Part shown: one piece after another, positions 13,076 to 25,600 of the stretch | How the letters are laid out: every line of letters starts with the position of its first letter | How positions within the stretch are numbered: the first letter of the stretch is position 1 | Origin: Leptogorgia sarmentosa | Taxonomy: Eukaryota | Assembly (NCBI GenBank): GCA_964658305.1 | Contig: OZ210885.1 | Span: 1,302,001 to 1,366,000, forward strand | Length of the DNA stretch: 64,000 nucleotides | Reading direction: 5' to 3' | The notes under the pieces: model-generated | What the model saw: the letters and a program-made list of their open reading frames with translations, nothing else | Databases searched by the model: none | What the model was told of the DNA's origin: nothing | Program-made: the position numbers and the translations under genes

Positions 13076-13614
13076 CTTGTCCTAATTAAAATAAGAACAT
13101 GGCTCTTTAATATGTTTCACATAATGAACAACAAGAATGCGTGCTTATAATATATGCTCGATTCTCTAAATCTCTCTTAACTCTCTCTCGCACGTCACGC
13201 CGTAACGTTTCAGTTAAATATCAACACTAGTCTATATCTGAGTCTATATCAAATCATATACAACTAATACAAGTATTTGTTTGAAGTGAAAGTCAAGTGC
13301 ATTACGTAAAAGAACACCTTGTTTAGCCTTATGATACTAATTAGCGTTATAATGCTAACTGAACTGAAAATATAACACACTGTGCTCGTTCCCTTCATTC
13401 ACAGGAGGCCCTTGCATAAATATGAACATAAATACGAGATTGTATCCCAAACGTCTAATCGTCTTTTTATTTACATTCTCAATCTTTTTAACAAAGGTTC
13501 AGTTGTAATTAATTTTTTTTTAGTAGTTATCCACTTATCCGGAAAATATTATCTCGTAGTTGTTCTAGATCCTAGATCTCGCAGCCGTCGCCAATCTAAT
13601 GCTCTGTACTTATT

Positions 13615-13665
13615 GCCCGCGCCCGCCTGTGCACCCGCCTGTGCACCCGCCTGTGCGCCCGCCTG
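13615..13665. repeat. 12-bp GC-rich tandem repeat
   Basis: cccgcctgtgca repeated about 4 times between the divergent kinase genes. Confidence 0.8.
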
Positions 13666-14214
13666 AAATTAATTAACTGCTAAAAATAATAGATGGAGAC
13701 GTTGCGACCAGACGAGGCATATGTCACAGACTGTCCTCGATTTTCACCTAGATTCTGACTTTACTATACTAACATCAAGTAACTCTAAATTATCTCGAGA
13801 TGCGGGATAATAGATCATTCTATATAAACTTTAATGTTTTTGTGATGTATGCATCAAAAATCCCTTGCTGGGCTTTAAAATTCATCTTTAAATTAAATTT
13901 AAAAGTACATAATCTTGTCATGCTCATTCTAGATATTTTGAAATTTCAGATGAAAGTTGCAACTGCGTTGAATAGCTAATGTTATACAAGTAACCCTGAA
14001 GAGTTATAATTGCACTCTGTAAGCAAAAGTTATAGCCCATGGTTGAATGACTCTGCCCAGTTATGTGGAAAAGAATACGCCAAATGTAAATCAGCTCCAG
14101 TAACATTGTCATTTACGTAAGTGTGTTTCGTATCTGACAAATACTGGTGCCAAAATACTGGAGACCAGCAGCAACGAGTTTTATGTTATGAATTAAAAAG
14201 TGACCCGTATAATC

Positions 14215-17200
14215 ATGGGACAGCGTAAGGTGCCAAAAAGGCTCAACAGTAAGCCAGAAGGGAAAATTGTTAGGCCATTGGTCTTGTATTCGGTAAGCGA
14301 AGTACAAGAAGAGAACAGTAGAAATCAAGTCGAAATAAGTATTAACGCAGCGTCAAGTGCCTCCGTTCCGTACGCAGAGAGTGAGGTAAGGAAAAAGAGC
14401 CACAGCCAACAAGACGTAACAAGTGATAACCCATGTTCAATCGACTCTTACTTGACTCTCACAACCGAGGTGCCAGAAAAGACCAGTAGCAAACCAGTAG
14501 ACAACGTTTTTGGTGAATGGTCAAGTGGCTCTGTCCCCTATGTGGAGGGTGAGACTCCAGAAAATCTTGGCAGTAAACCACAAGTAACAGGTTTTAAACC
14601 ATGGTTAATAGAATCTTGTTCGAGCGAAACGCCCAGTGGAAAACTACCGGTAACAAGTTTTAGGCCATCGTTCAGTGACTCTGTTCCGTACGTGAAGAAT
14701 AAGATACCCCAAAAGCTCCGCAGTAAAGGAGTAACAAGTTATAACCCATGTCATATTGAGTCACGTTCAGGTCCGGTAATCAAGGTGTCAGACGAGTCTT
14801 CTTTCGATGAAGAATCCGATAAAATTTCTCAGCCTTGGCTCGAAAAAAGTGCACCAAGTAAGTTGCTTTTATTCCAGCAAGATAGTTGTTATAGCTTTTT
14901 AATTACAATAATAAGTCAAGTTGCAGGAACTTTTTGCCCCACCCTGGAGTTCCTCTACGAAGAATCATATTTCCTCTTGTGCGATTGCAGTTCTGACTAT
15001 GTATGATTTACCCTCGAACCGTTTTCAAGAACTACTAAGGGCCACAGCGGTGTATGTAGCAGCATCGCACTGCCGTCGGTGCAGCTCTTGCTGAAATTAA
15101 GACATAATACTGTTTACCAACATGTCCTAATTGTTCCCAGTTGGGATTCGGACATGTGTATGATAATTTCCACTCGATAATAAGGCGTACCACAGCATAC
15201 TTTGTCTATACAACAAAAATGTTGGTCACTGATGCCACCATATACACCAATTTGTATACATGTAAATTTAGGCTTACGTGTACCAAGTATAGGCCGGGGT
15301 ACGCAGTACGTTAGGGTCACCTTAGATTAATTTGAAATGACCCATTTTCGTTTTCTTGGGTTTTAATCCATTTCAGAGAACAAAGATGTTCAGTCAAGTT
15401 CTAAAAATAAAGCATATGAAACTACTGGTAAAAGACAACGGTAATACTGCTAGCGATATTTAGAACAATCTCTTGTGCAAATAGATTTGTTTGCGTTTCG
15501 TAAAACATAATTAAAGCTGTCTTATCCTCGACCCTCTACCATTCAGCTCTGATTTGTGTTACTTGTTGACCAAGCTAGTTGAATTTGTACTCTTGAATGT
15601 AGAACGAGATGAACTCCATTTCTCTAGTGCTCTGCCTCCTTTGAATTTGATTTTAATATTTACCTCTTATATCAACCATCTTTGGATATGCGTAGTAAAA
15701 GTACGCAAATGCAACTGCGGAATTACCTTAAAAATGTCTGCATGACCAATCACAAAAATCTGTGGAAAAATATCGTATTCGGTTGAAAAGTTAAAATTAT
15801 TCCGTTGTCCTTGTTTTTAACAGTGTTTCAATGCCCAATTCCTTGTTTTTTTAACAGCGTGGAAGATGAGGAAAGTGTAGAATATACGTGCAGTTTTAAA
15901 AGAGTGAAAGTTTTGAAGGAAAAAGATCCAGGAGACAAGGTAAGGGAAGTATTTATTTAATATTTTTCTTAAAATAGGCCTCGCAACTGGGCTGACTAAC
16001 AACATCGCCATCCAAATACATTAACGTTTTGTTTGTTCGCCAACTGGAGAACGGGCTTCACGCTGGCCATGCATGGCTTCGTTACTGATTTCTTGCTTCC
16101 GAACAAAGCGTTTAATATTCCATAAAATTGTTGTCTATAGCCGACGTTGAGAAAGTCGATCAAACATCGGAAAAAACTTCAGAGTTTACAAGAGATGGAG
16201 GAGGACAAGTTGACAAAGGTAAAACAAGAGTATTCCAATAAACTACTTGCAAGCAAACTTTTTAACATCATAGCGTGAAAATTTGCTTGTTAGCAATCAC
16301 GTGACATTTTGCCCAATTGACGGGCAATTGAACAGCTTGTACACGATTTTCCTCAGTATCTGGGTGGTTGTAGCGAGATGAAATAAGCGGTAACACATCT
16401 ATCGAGACGTAAAATGTCTCTAACTCATAACATGTATCTATAGATTTTCGTCATACTTTCCCGTCAAATTAAATTCCAAACCTACGTGCGATTGAAAACA
16501 TGGCAGGCAAAGAACTAATTTTGCGATACTCAGAATCAGACACTCAAATCTTTCAAAAATACTGATGACATGAGCATTTTAGTTCTGACGGATGTTTTTT
16601 TTATCTTACTGTATAGCTTGGATCACCGTTAAAGCGTATTGTCTGCCACAAAAATTTCAAACTGGGAAAAGGTTCCAATGGCACGTCCGTTTACCTTGGT
16701 ATCTTGGAAGATGGCAGTGAAGTGGCCGTGAAACGAATGTTGATAGAATCATGTGAAGATGCAGCAGAAAATGAAATGAAAATCCTGAATTATATGAAAA
16801 AGAATAAATCTCCATTTATAGTGAACTATCGCCATTTCCTTAAGGACGATACCTTCCTCTATCTGATTGTTGATCTATGCGAACAAACATTGCATCAACA
16901 TGTTCATTCTAAAGATATTGAATATCTTCAAGAACACGGTCGACAAATAGTCAAAGAAGTCATCGCTGGACTTAAATTTCTGCATGATGAAAGAATTTTG
17001 CATCGTGATCTCAAACCGTCAAATGTTCTGGTTGATGTTGATGGTCACATGAGATTAGCAGATTTTGGAATCAGTCGAGTTCTCAATGAAGGTGAAACCA
17101 CTATTCATACAGATACGAAAGGAACGGAAGGTTGGATGGCTGCAGAAGTTATCGAGAATATGAGTAAAAAAATGAAAGGGCGTTTCAAAAAGAAATCTGA

Positions 17201-17432
17201 CATTCAATCTGCTGGTATGATTGCTTTTTTCATTTTAACCAAAGGTGAACATCCATTTGGCTGCACTTTATATGATCGCATGGCAAATATTGTGAAGGGA
17301 AATCCAGTTAACTTGAACAAACTTGATATTGATGCTCGGCAGTTCGTTTCACGATTGATCAGCCGTAAAATTCATGATAGACCTACTGCTCAAGAGGCAA
17401 TGCTACTGCCTTTTTTGAATGGCATTGATTAA
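14215..17432 (+). CDS. IRE1/RNase L-type Ser/Thr kinase with Ser/Pro-rich N-terminus, no KEN domain (kinase A, about 560 aa)
   Basis: GT-AG exons 14215-14857, 15377-15440, 15858-15939, 16141-16218, 16617-17432 join in frame (phases 1,2,0,0); GKGSNG, VAVK, HRDLKPSN, DFG, GTEGWMAAE intact; same exon layout as kinase B. Start codon is the least certain part. Confidence 0.85.
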
Positions 17433-17817
17433 GTTTACGCGCAGTTGAAGTTTAGGTCACCTATGTTTGGCCAGGGTTTTCAGTGCACGGTCATACAAAT
17501 AATGATAATCTATCAACCTTAATACTGAGAGTTTAGTTCAATGTAGGCGATAGTTCCTTTGCTTGTATCTTAAATATGAAATAATATACATGAAGCTCGC
17601 TGTCCACTGCCTGGTAGACGTGCAAGAAATGTGTAGCGAGTGCAATTGAAAAAAAATTAATTTTAATTGTATTAATCATCTAACATAGCTAGAAGTCGAT
17701 TCAATAATTATTTTTATGTTACTAACAAAAATTGTTTACTGACAGCACATGCAATTTTGGGTTACACAGTTACTGATATCGTGGTTACAGAAATGAACGG
17801 AAAGGTATCAGCATGAC

Positions 17818-20005
17818 TCAATGATCTTTCATAGATTGGGCTTTATGTAGAGCATAATAAATTCCTTTCATTTCCAAAAGCTGTCGATGAGTACCACGTT
17901 CGACCACCTTTCCCCTTCGGATCACACAGATAGCATCAGCGTGCTGGATGGTGGATAATCTGTGAGCAATGACCAATGTTGTACGTCCAATACTGGCTTT
18001 ATTTAAAGCTTGTTGAACCACCTGAGCATAAAAACCAAAAATTTATTCAAGCTTTTCTACGCGGATATGAAATTCTCGCAGTAAAGGGTCTGTAGTTCCA
18101 ATTAACATGTAATGTTTAAGGTAATCTGTATAACCCCAGCATTGTTGCATGATTTGTTCTCCACGCCCCCCGTCCCAGGCCCCAAGGTGCCGCGCATCAT
18201 TTTCTAATGAATATAGACTAACAAGGAGTAAACAAAAATTGTTGTCAATTTTTTTGTTTTCGAAACATCGAATCTAATTGTATCAGGCATTTAGGTAGAG
18301 AGTAGAACCTTTCCCCATTGTGCGGCAAGGCCAATGGTAGCTAAAATGGAATGTTTGAGCTAACATGCAATGCCAAAAATACCATGCAATGCACATACAA
18401 TGCTATTCACCTTTTCACTTTCAGTATCCAAAGCAGACGTGGCTTCATCCAGTAACAATATTTTAGGATCTCTAATCAAAGCTCGTGCAATTGCGATTCT
18501 TTGTTTTTGCCCGCCAGATATAAGAGTTCCTTTGTCACCAACCATCGTGTCGTAGCCCTGTCGGAGATTATTATAAAACAATCAGCAAATTATATACCAA
18601 TGTAGCTCGGTAAAAGCTATTTCTTCTCATGCCAAACACGATATACTAGATTCAATTCAAGTACATATAACAGTAAGGCTCGTATATTTAATAAAAAGTG
18701 AAGCCCCATGTACTTCCCAACCAACGAAGACTTGCACAGTTCTAGCATGCACAGTATCTCAAATATAGACCTTATGTTATAATTGTGAGTTTTTTTGTAG
18801 AGGAGAATCGACAAAATAAGATCAATAAACAGTCGGTGTTTATAAAATGCTGATGATTTTTTGATCTGTTGCTGGGAATTGTAGAATTCAAACCTTTGGC
18901 AAGGATGATATGAACTCGTGAATATTCGCCTCTCTCGCTGCTTTTTCCACTTCTGCGTCGCTGACATTCCTTGTAGTGTCACCAAAGGCAATATTATCTC
19001 TGACCGACAAATCAAATAATACGGGCTCTTGAGAAACCAAACCTATCTGACTGCGAAGCCATTTTAAGTTTAGTTCCTTTACATCGTTTTCATCCACCAT
19101 CTAAAAAGCATTTTATTTTTAATAATAAACATCGCAATGTACGGCTCATTCCACAGTCACCACTCAAATCAATATTATAAAAAAATCAATATTATAAAAT
19201 TATGAAACACAAATTCTTTGGATTCTCGTTCTGTTCTCCATTACAAACAATTATTGAGTGAGGTATGGTCGTGTAGGATATGTTGAATTATTAGGGCCGA
19301 GGTTTGTGTTATTTGCCGAAGCCTGAGTGTGTGTGATTATTATATCCACCAGATATGTATCGAGTGAAATGCAAACAAAATTATATCAATTTAGTAAACT
19401 ATCAATAACTCCTTCAATTACAATATCCAAATGTTTTTACATTAAAATGTCAGTGGTGTTGCTGATGGGACGTGATCATCTGTAATGCAATTATAATTTA
19501 TAAAGAGCATACGTGCTAAATCGCAATAGGCTCCCTAATATAATATGTTATAATATGTTTATATGTAACAACATCAATCATGTTTTAGGTTACACATCAA
19601 CGTATATTTCTACAGGATGAAACACTTCAACATAAATATGCTGTTATCGACGTGCATGTGTCATGTAATTACGCTCAATTCTTCGGTCACCCCTATAGCT
19701 ACACGATCGCATTGATCATCAAAAAGTGCGACGTCAGTTTAAAAACGATTGCTAGTCCAGTGCAGTTTATGAGATCACACAACATAGGATGAAGAACGAG
19801 TACATACCACATAACCAGACGTTGCATCATAGAATCTTTCCATCAATGAGACTGTCGTGCTCTTTCCACAACCACTTGTTCCGACCAAGGCGACTGTCTG
19901 GCCAGGTTTCACACTCAACTCAAGACTTCGTAAAACCTTTAAATCACGTCGTGTGCGGTACCGGAACCTGGTACCAACAAGTTTGATTTCGCCATTACAT
20001 TTTGC
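17818..20005 (-). pseudogene. Duplicate of the last four ABCB1 exons (complete NBD2); gene fragment or alternative 3' end
   Basis: Exons 20005-19808, 19100-18894, 18557-18411, 18021-17818 match 33702-31272; Walker A GTSGCGKS, signature ISGGQ, Walker B LLLDE, H-loop present; similarity ends near 20125 with no TMD exons. Confidence 0.85.
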
Positions 20006-20499
20006 CTAAATTTAGAAGAAAGCATTAGGGCATTAGGTTTCCTCATTAGCATAACAAACAGTCATTGCGAGCAGTGAAATGAATCAGGATTTTGTTGTTA
20101 ACTTGTTTAAACTGTCTGAAAAAAACGACAAAATTCGTTTCGATTACCTTAGTAAAAAAATTTGTTTCGATTACCTTAGTTTTATAGTACCCAGCTGTAC
20201 GCTTGTCTGATAAAAGTCGAAAATTGTGGGGGGTATTTCCACACTCGAAATGTGTGGACACACTCGCCTATCGGTCTCGTGTAATGTTTTCTATTCCTTA
20301 AATGTTACTTAATATAATCTATGGTTATTCCACCGTTATAGCTCAGTGGGTTATACATATATATATAAGCCAATGACATCACCACTGAGCTAAGAAAGTA
20401 TTCTTTAGCTCATTGGACTTCACTCTGTGAATGACTATCTCTTCTATCTCAGTGGAATCACTGTGGAATTACTGGAATGACTGAATGACATCACATAAA

Positions 20500-20980
20500 C
20501 AGTGTGACCAGATGTTGGTCAGCGGAATTTACTAAAGCTTTGCTCAAATTTTACTAAATAGGACAAAATTTTACTAGATTTGCATTTTATGCAAAAAAAA
20601 AAGGGGGGGGGGTTAATTTGGTATCGAAAACGTTCCTACTGATAATTATAGGTGAGATTTATTTTTAACAAGACTATACACTAAATATAGCGAAGCATCA
20701 TTATGAAATATGGCGTGCATTCCTTGCAAACTATCCTGGGAAGACAAATTACGAATTTACTTTATATTGTTCAAATAGTTCGAACTTCGAAAATGTTAAA
20801 TCCGTGACCCTGAAAGCGATATTTCGAGCCTCAGGGAAGCGAATATTTCGCACTGAAATTTTTCTAAAAAAATTACCAAATCCTTGAATTTTAGGAAATT
20901 TTACCAAAAAATCTGTTTTACCAGATTTCTATCAAATTTGCAGAAATTTCACCAAAAGTAAAAAAATATATGTCACACTG
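20500..20980. mobile_element. hAT-like MITE
   Basis: Termini cagtgtgac...gtcacactg with perfect 8-bp TSD cacataaa. Confidence 0.85.
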
Positions 20981-21715
20981 CACATAAACATAAACAATAA
21001 AACATCGCAACTGCGCCTGCATTGTTATGCCAGCAGTTGAATAGACAATGTCAATACTTCATGCAGTTTGTTTGCGTGGGAGCGCGTGGTTATGACGTCA
21101 TGTGGGGTGATGGGGAATTACCGATTGCGAATGTGAAAACATTGAAACCATTGATTGTCGGTTTATCGCAAATGGTGGACATTTATCCTTTATTACGCTT
21201 GTTTTGTGGAAATCTAATACGACTAAGCTTTAAATTAAGGTCAGTCGAACATATTTTACTGTCAGTACGCTTTATAGTATTGTATGTACAAGTATCTCAA
21301 TTGCTCAGGATCAGGTCTTATCCAAACAAGACACTTGTTCAAAAGTCAAAACCAGATGCTCATCGGTTTATATGCGAATGTGATTGTCTTATTTGCTTAA
21401 ATGCAATACATTTGAAGTACGAGTATGAATTAAAATGCTGTTTTGGTGCAATTTGATGTCTTTATGAACTTATATTCGAAATATTATATAACGGTATATT
21501 GAAAATAGTTCTTCAGAGAGATGTTGAAACGCTGAATCAAACCATAGTAGCCCAAATATACACTTATATACACTTACTTACGTAAAAATCATTAAAAATA
21601 ATGAAAATGTATTTTCAAATGTCATAGTCTGGCGTTGCTTATTGTGCGTGTCATCAACTATGCACTGACCAAGCCTCATGCCACGCAGTCATTGTATCAT
21701 TGTACCAGTGCCGCC

Positions 21716-21856
21716 CAGGACTGCGGAACGGGGGGGGCATGTGGGCAAGTGCCCCCCCCCACCTTTTGTACAAAGGGTAAATGTGCCCTTTTTCATCCAT
21801 GCCCTTTTTGGATTGTGCCCCCCTCCACTTCTGAGGTGCTTTTGTGCCCGGCCCTA
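21716..21856. mobile_element. Short degenerate hAT-like MITE
   Basis: 8-bp flanking repeat gtgccgcc/gtgctgcc, imperfect CAGG...CCCTA termini, internal G-run/C-run hairpin like the element at 37472. Confidence 0.6.
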
Positions 21857-22631
21857 GTGCTGCCACTCTCAACATCCATTTTACCTAGGACAAGTGCTAA
21901 AACTCCCTACGCTTCCCCTACATCTCAAATTGTTATTTCCCCCCTACATTCCCCTACATTCCCCTACGAATATTGTTTTCCCCTTAAAAGAGTCCATTGT
22001 ACGTAAACAACAACAACTAGATATATCAATCATGTGAGCTGCGCTAATAATCATATTGTAAGGGCTAGAAGAAACTGAATTCAGTTAAATTAAATAAGAC
22101 GACAGAAATACAATAAAAACAACTCCTGCACAAACGTTTGAAAAATCGTTTTTAGAACTGTTTATAGAAATCAAAATATTTTTTCTTGGCCTGAACTATT
22201 TTCGACCAATAACCCGAGCGGAGGGTCTATAAATGATAAGAGTCACCTGTGTAGTTCTATATAGCCACTTCAAGTTATGTTCTGTCATAGCCCCTAACTC
22301 TCATGGGTTTTCAATCATTTTTGATTCAGCGTTTATAGATTTTCAATTTTTCATCTAGCCATACTGCACTTTTTGAAATTTTTTATAACAATTTCAGCAG
22401 CTTCGAATAATGGTCATATGGACAACAAAACTCTGAATCGAGTTCGACCAGCAAGTTAAGGCTCATGGTTAAGTGACTCGAATTGGAAAGGAAAAATCCG
22501 AAAGTAAAATAGCTGCAAACCTGTATATACAGTAAGTCTGTTTCGTATCTGACTGGCAAGGTGCCAAAGGCAGCAACGAGTCTCAAGGAATTTTTAATTG
22601 ACTTTGTTCCATGTAATTAGGTATTCGTGTA

Positions 22632-25600
22632 ATGGATATTCATGTAATGAGGTTAGAAAGATTGCCGCAAGCACGAAAGCCCCCCAGTATAAGTATTATG
22701 CCCTGGTCAATTGACTCGACGACAAAAGGACCCAATAGGGAAGCAGCTGAAGAAAATTTCAGGAAAGACTTACTTGTCCCGCGTCCCCCAAGTTTAGTGC
22801 ACCCCATCTTTACTCCGCCGCTCCAAAGTAGTAAACGAGGAGTAACAAGTTATAACCCATCTCCATTTGCCCCTACCTCGAATCTGAAAAGTAATGTGCT
22901 AGAAATTCCCAGTGCAAGATCAAGCGTAACAAGTTTGGACACCTGGCCAAGCGACTACAGTAAACCAAGAGTAACAAGTTATAACCCATTGCCATTTGAC
23001 CCTGATAGTGACAATGACAGAGAGAGTGAGAATGAGGTGTCAACTAACAGTAAACCAAGAGTAACACATTCATTGAACTCATTCCCATTTGACTCACTTG
23101 TCTCGAATCTGAAAAGTAATGTGCTAGAAACGCCCAGTGCAAGATCAAGCGTAACAAGCTTCAACGCCTTGCCAAGCGATTTTGTCGCTCGTGAGGTGCC
23201 GCTCCACAGTAGTAAACGAAGAGTAACAAGCTATAGCCCATTACCATTTGCCCCTAACTCGAATCTGAAAAGTAATGTGCTAGAAACGCCCAGTGCAAGA
23301 TCAAGCCCAACAAGTTTTAACATCTGGTCAAGCGACTACAGTAAACCAAGAGTAACACATTATAACCCATTGAAGTCATTCCCATTTGACTCACTTGACC
23401 CTGTCTCGAATCTGACAAGTAATGTGCTGGAAAACCCCAGTGCAAGACCAACAGTCACAAGCTTCAACGCCTTGCCAAGCGATTTTGTCCCTTATGAGGT
23501 GCCGCGCCACAGTAGTAAACGAGGAGTAACAAGTTATAACCCACCTCCATTTGCCCCTACCTCGAATCTGAAAAGTAATGTGCTAGAAACGCCCAGTGCA
23601 AGATCAAGCGTAACAAGCTTCAACGCCTTGTCAAGCGATTTTGTCCCTCGTGAGGTGCCGCTCCACAGTAGTAAACGAAGAGTAATAAGTTATAACCCAG
23701 TCCCATATCCATTTGACTCTACCTCGAATCTGAAAAGTAATGTGCTAGAAACGCCCAGTGAAAAACCAACAGTAACAAGTTTTAACCCATTACCATATCC
23801 ATTTGACTCTACCTCGAATCTGAAAAGTAATGTGCTAGAAACGCCCAGTGAAAAACCAACAGTAACAAGTTTTAACCCATTCGTGGTGCCAATACTGCCA
23901 AAAGTACCCAGTTGGATAGCAGCACCAACAGCTTTTAAGCCACTGTTTAGTAACTCTGTTCCGTATTTGAAGAATGGGCCGGGTCCCAAACAGCTCAGCA
24001 GTGAACCAGGAACATCAAGTTACAAACCATGGATTGTTTTGAATCCGACAAGCGAGGTGCCAGAAAAATTCAGTACTAAACCAGCACAAACAAGTTTTAA
24101 GTCAGCTTTAAACTTGATAAAAAGGCCAACTTTTGAATTGTGGGCAAGTAGGCTTCAATATCAGAGAAAAAAGGTACCAAGAGAGCGCAGCAATGAGGCA
24201 GCAAATACGAGTTATAATGATGCAATCGAAGTGTCTGACTTGTCTGACATATCTGACATATCTGACATATCCTTTTCCGATGAAGAATCTAGTAATGAAT
24301 TCCTACCTGAATTATACGTCACGTTTGAAAGAGCAAGTAAGTTGTTTTTAATCTTGACCATTGTTTGACTGTAAAATCTGTTTATGTATAAAAATTTAGA
24401 TAAAAAGTTCAGTGCTACATAGCAATTTGTATTTTAGGCTAGCTTGTATGCTGTAGGTAAATGCAATATACTGAATTCACCCTTATTTTCTTCGTTTACT
24501 TTTTTAAGAGAGTTCTAAAAACAAAGCAGATGGAACGGGTGGTAAAAGGCAACGGTAATAGTACTACTTGTGATAGGTAGAGTTTCTCTCTAGATCTTCT
24601 TGCATGCAAATTATTGTTTGCGATGTTTCGTAACACAACGCTGCGGTTTTGATATGTCACGCAGTTGCGATATCCTATACTACCATTCAGGCCTGCATGA
24701 CTTTAGTTGCTAACTAAGCTAGAGTACTCTTTAGAATTCGAAATTGTGGTGATATGACATTACTTTGAGAATTGAAGAATAACTTAAATAACTAAAAAAT
24801 AATTACCACAACCCATCTGTTTGCCGTATCAACAGAATAGCCAAAGGACGAGGTTAAAATGCAAACGCAGCTATATTATTTCATATGCGAAAAAAGGTTC
24901 AAAAGAAATCTTCACATGTGTGCTCAAGATATACAACTGGCAAGTTTTATGTCTATAGCACAAAAAGTGATGTACAGTGTGATGTAGTCCATCAAGAGGG
25001 AATGACCTTCATAGGTCCTCTGGTCGATAAGAAAATTACTGATCGCTATAACCTGTGTTATTCTTTGTCGGTGAATTATGTTTTCGGTAATTTTGTTTTC
25101 GTTTCTGTTGTTGTAAATTACCATTCGCCAAGCCTTTTAATTTTGGTGAGCGAATTTCAGGGAGAGCGAGAGGAACTATAATCACGTCAGCATTTTCTCG
25201 GACACAAAACTCCAGTTAAGATAGATTGAGCACACTCTCCAGTTATATGAATATCATTATAGTCTATTGGACGTTCAGCCCTTAATTTTTGTAAAAATTC
25301 TAGTGGAAAGTATCGTCATTAAAAAAGGGAGGTTCAGATTTTACTTCCACTACTGCTACCGCTACCATGCACTTGACCTATTGCGCATGTATTTAGCCTT
25401 TCTCACGCTATGCGACCAGGCCTTAAATCCGCCAAAATGGTTGAATTATGTCCCAGCAAACACACGACGTCGTTTCGACGTCGAATTTAGGTTGATATTT
25501 GGTCGGGACGTCGATCGACTATATATCGACGTTGAATCGACGTCGATATACTGACCTCATATCGACGTCGACAAATTGACCTCGTTTCGACGTTGAATCG

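Noticed and set aside
16617..17432. Calling the kinases IRE1 or RNASEL orthologues
   Set aside because: Luminal, TM, ankyrin and KEN domains are all missing, so no symbol is assigned.
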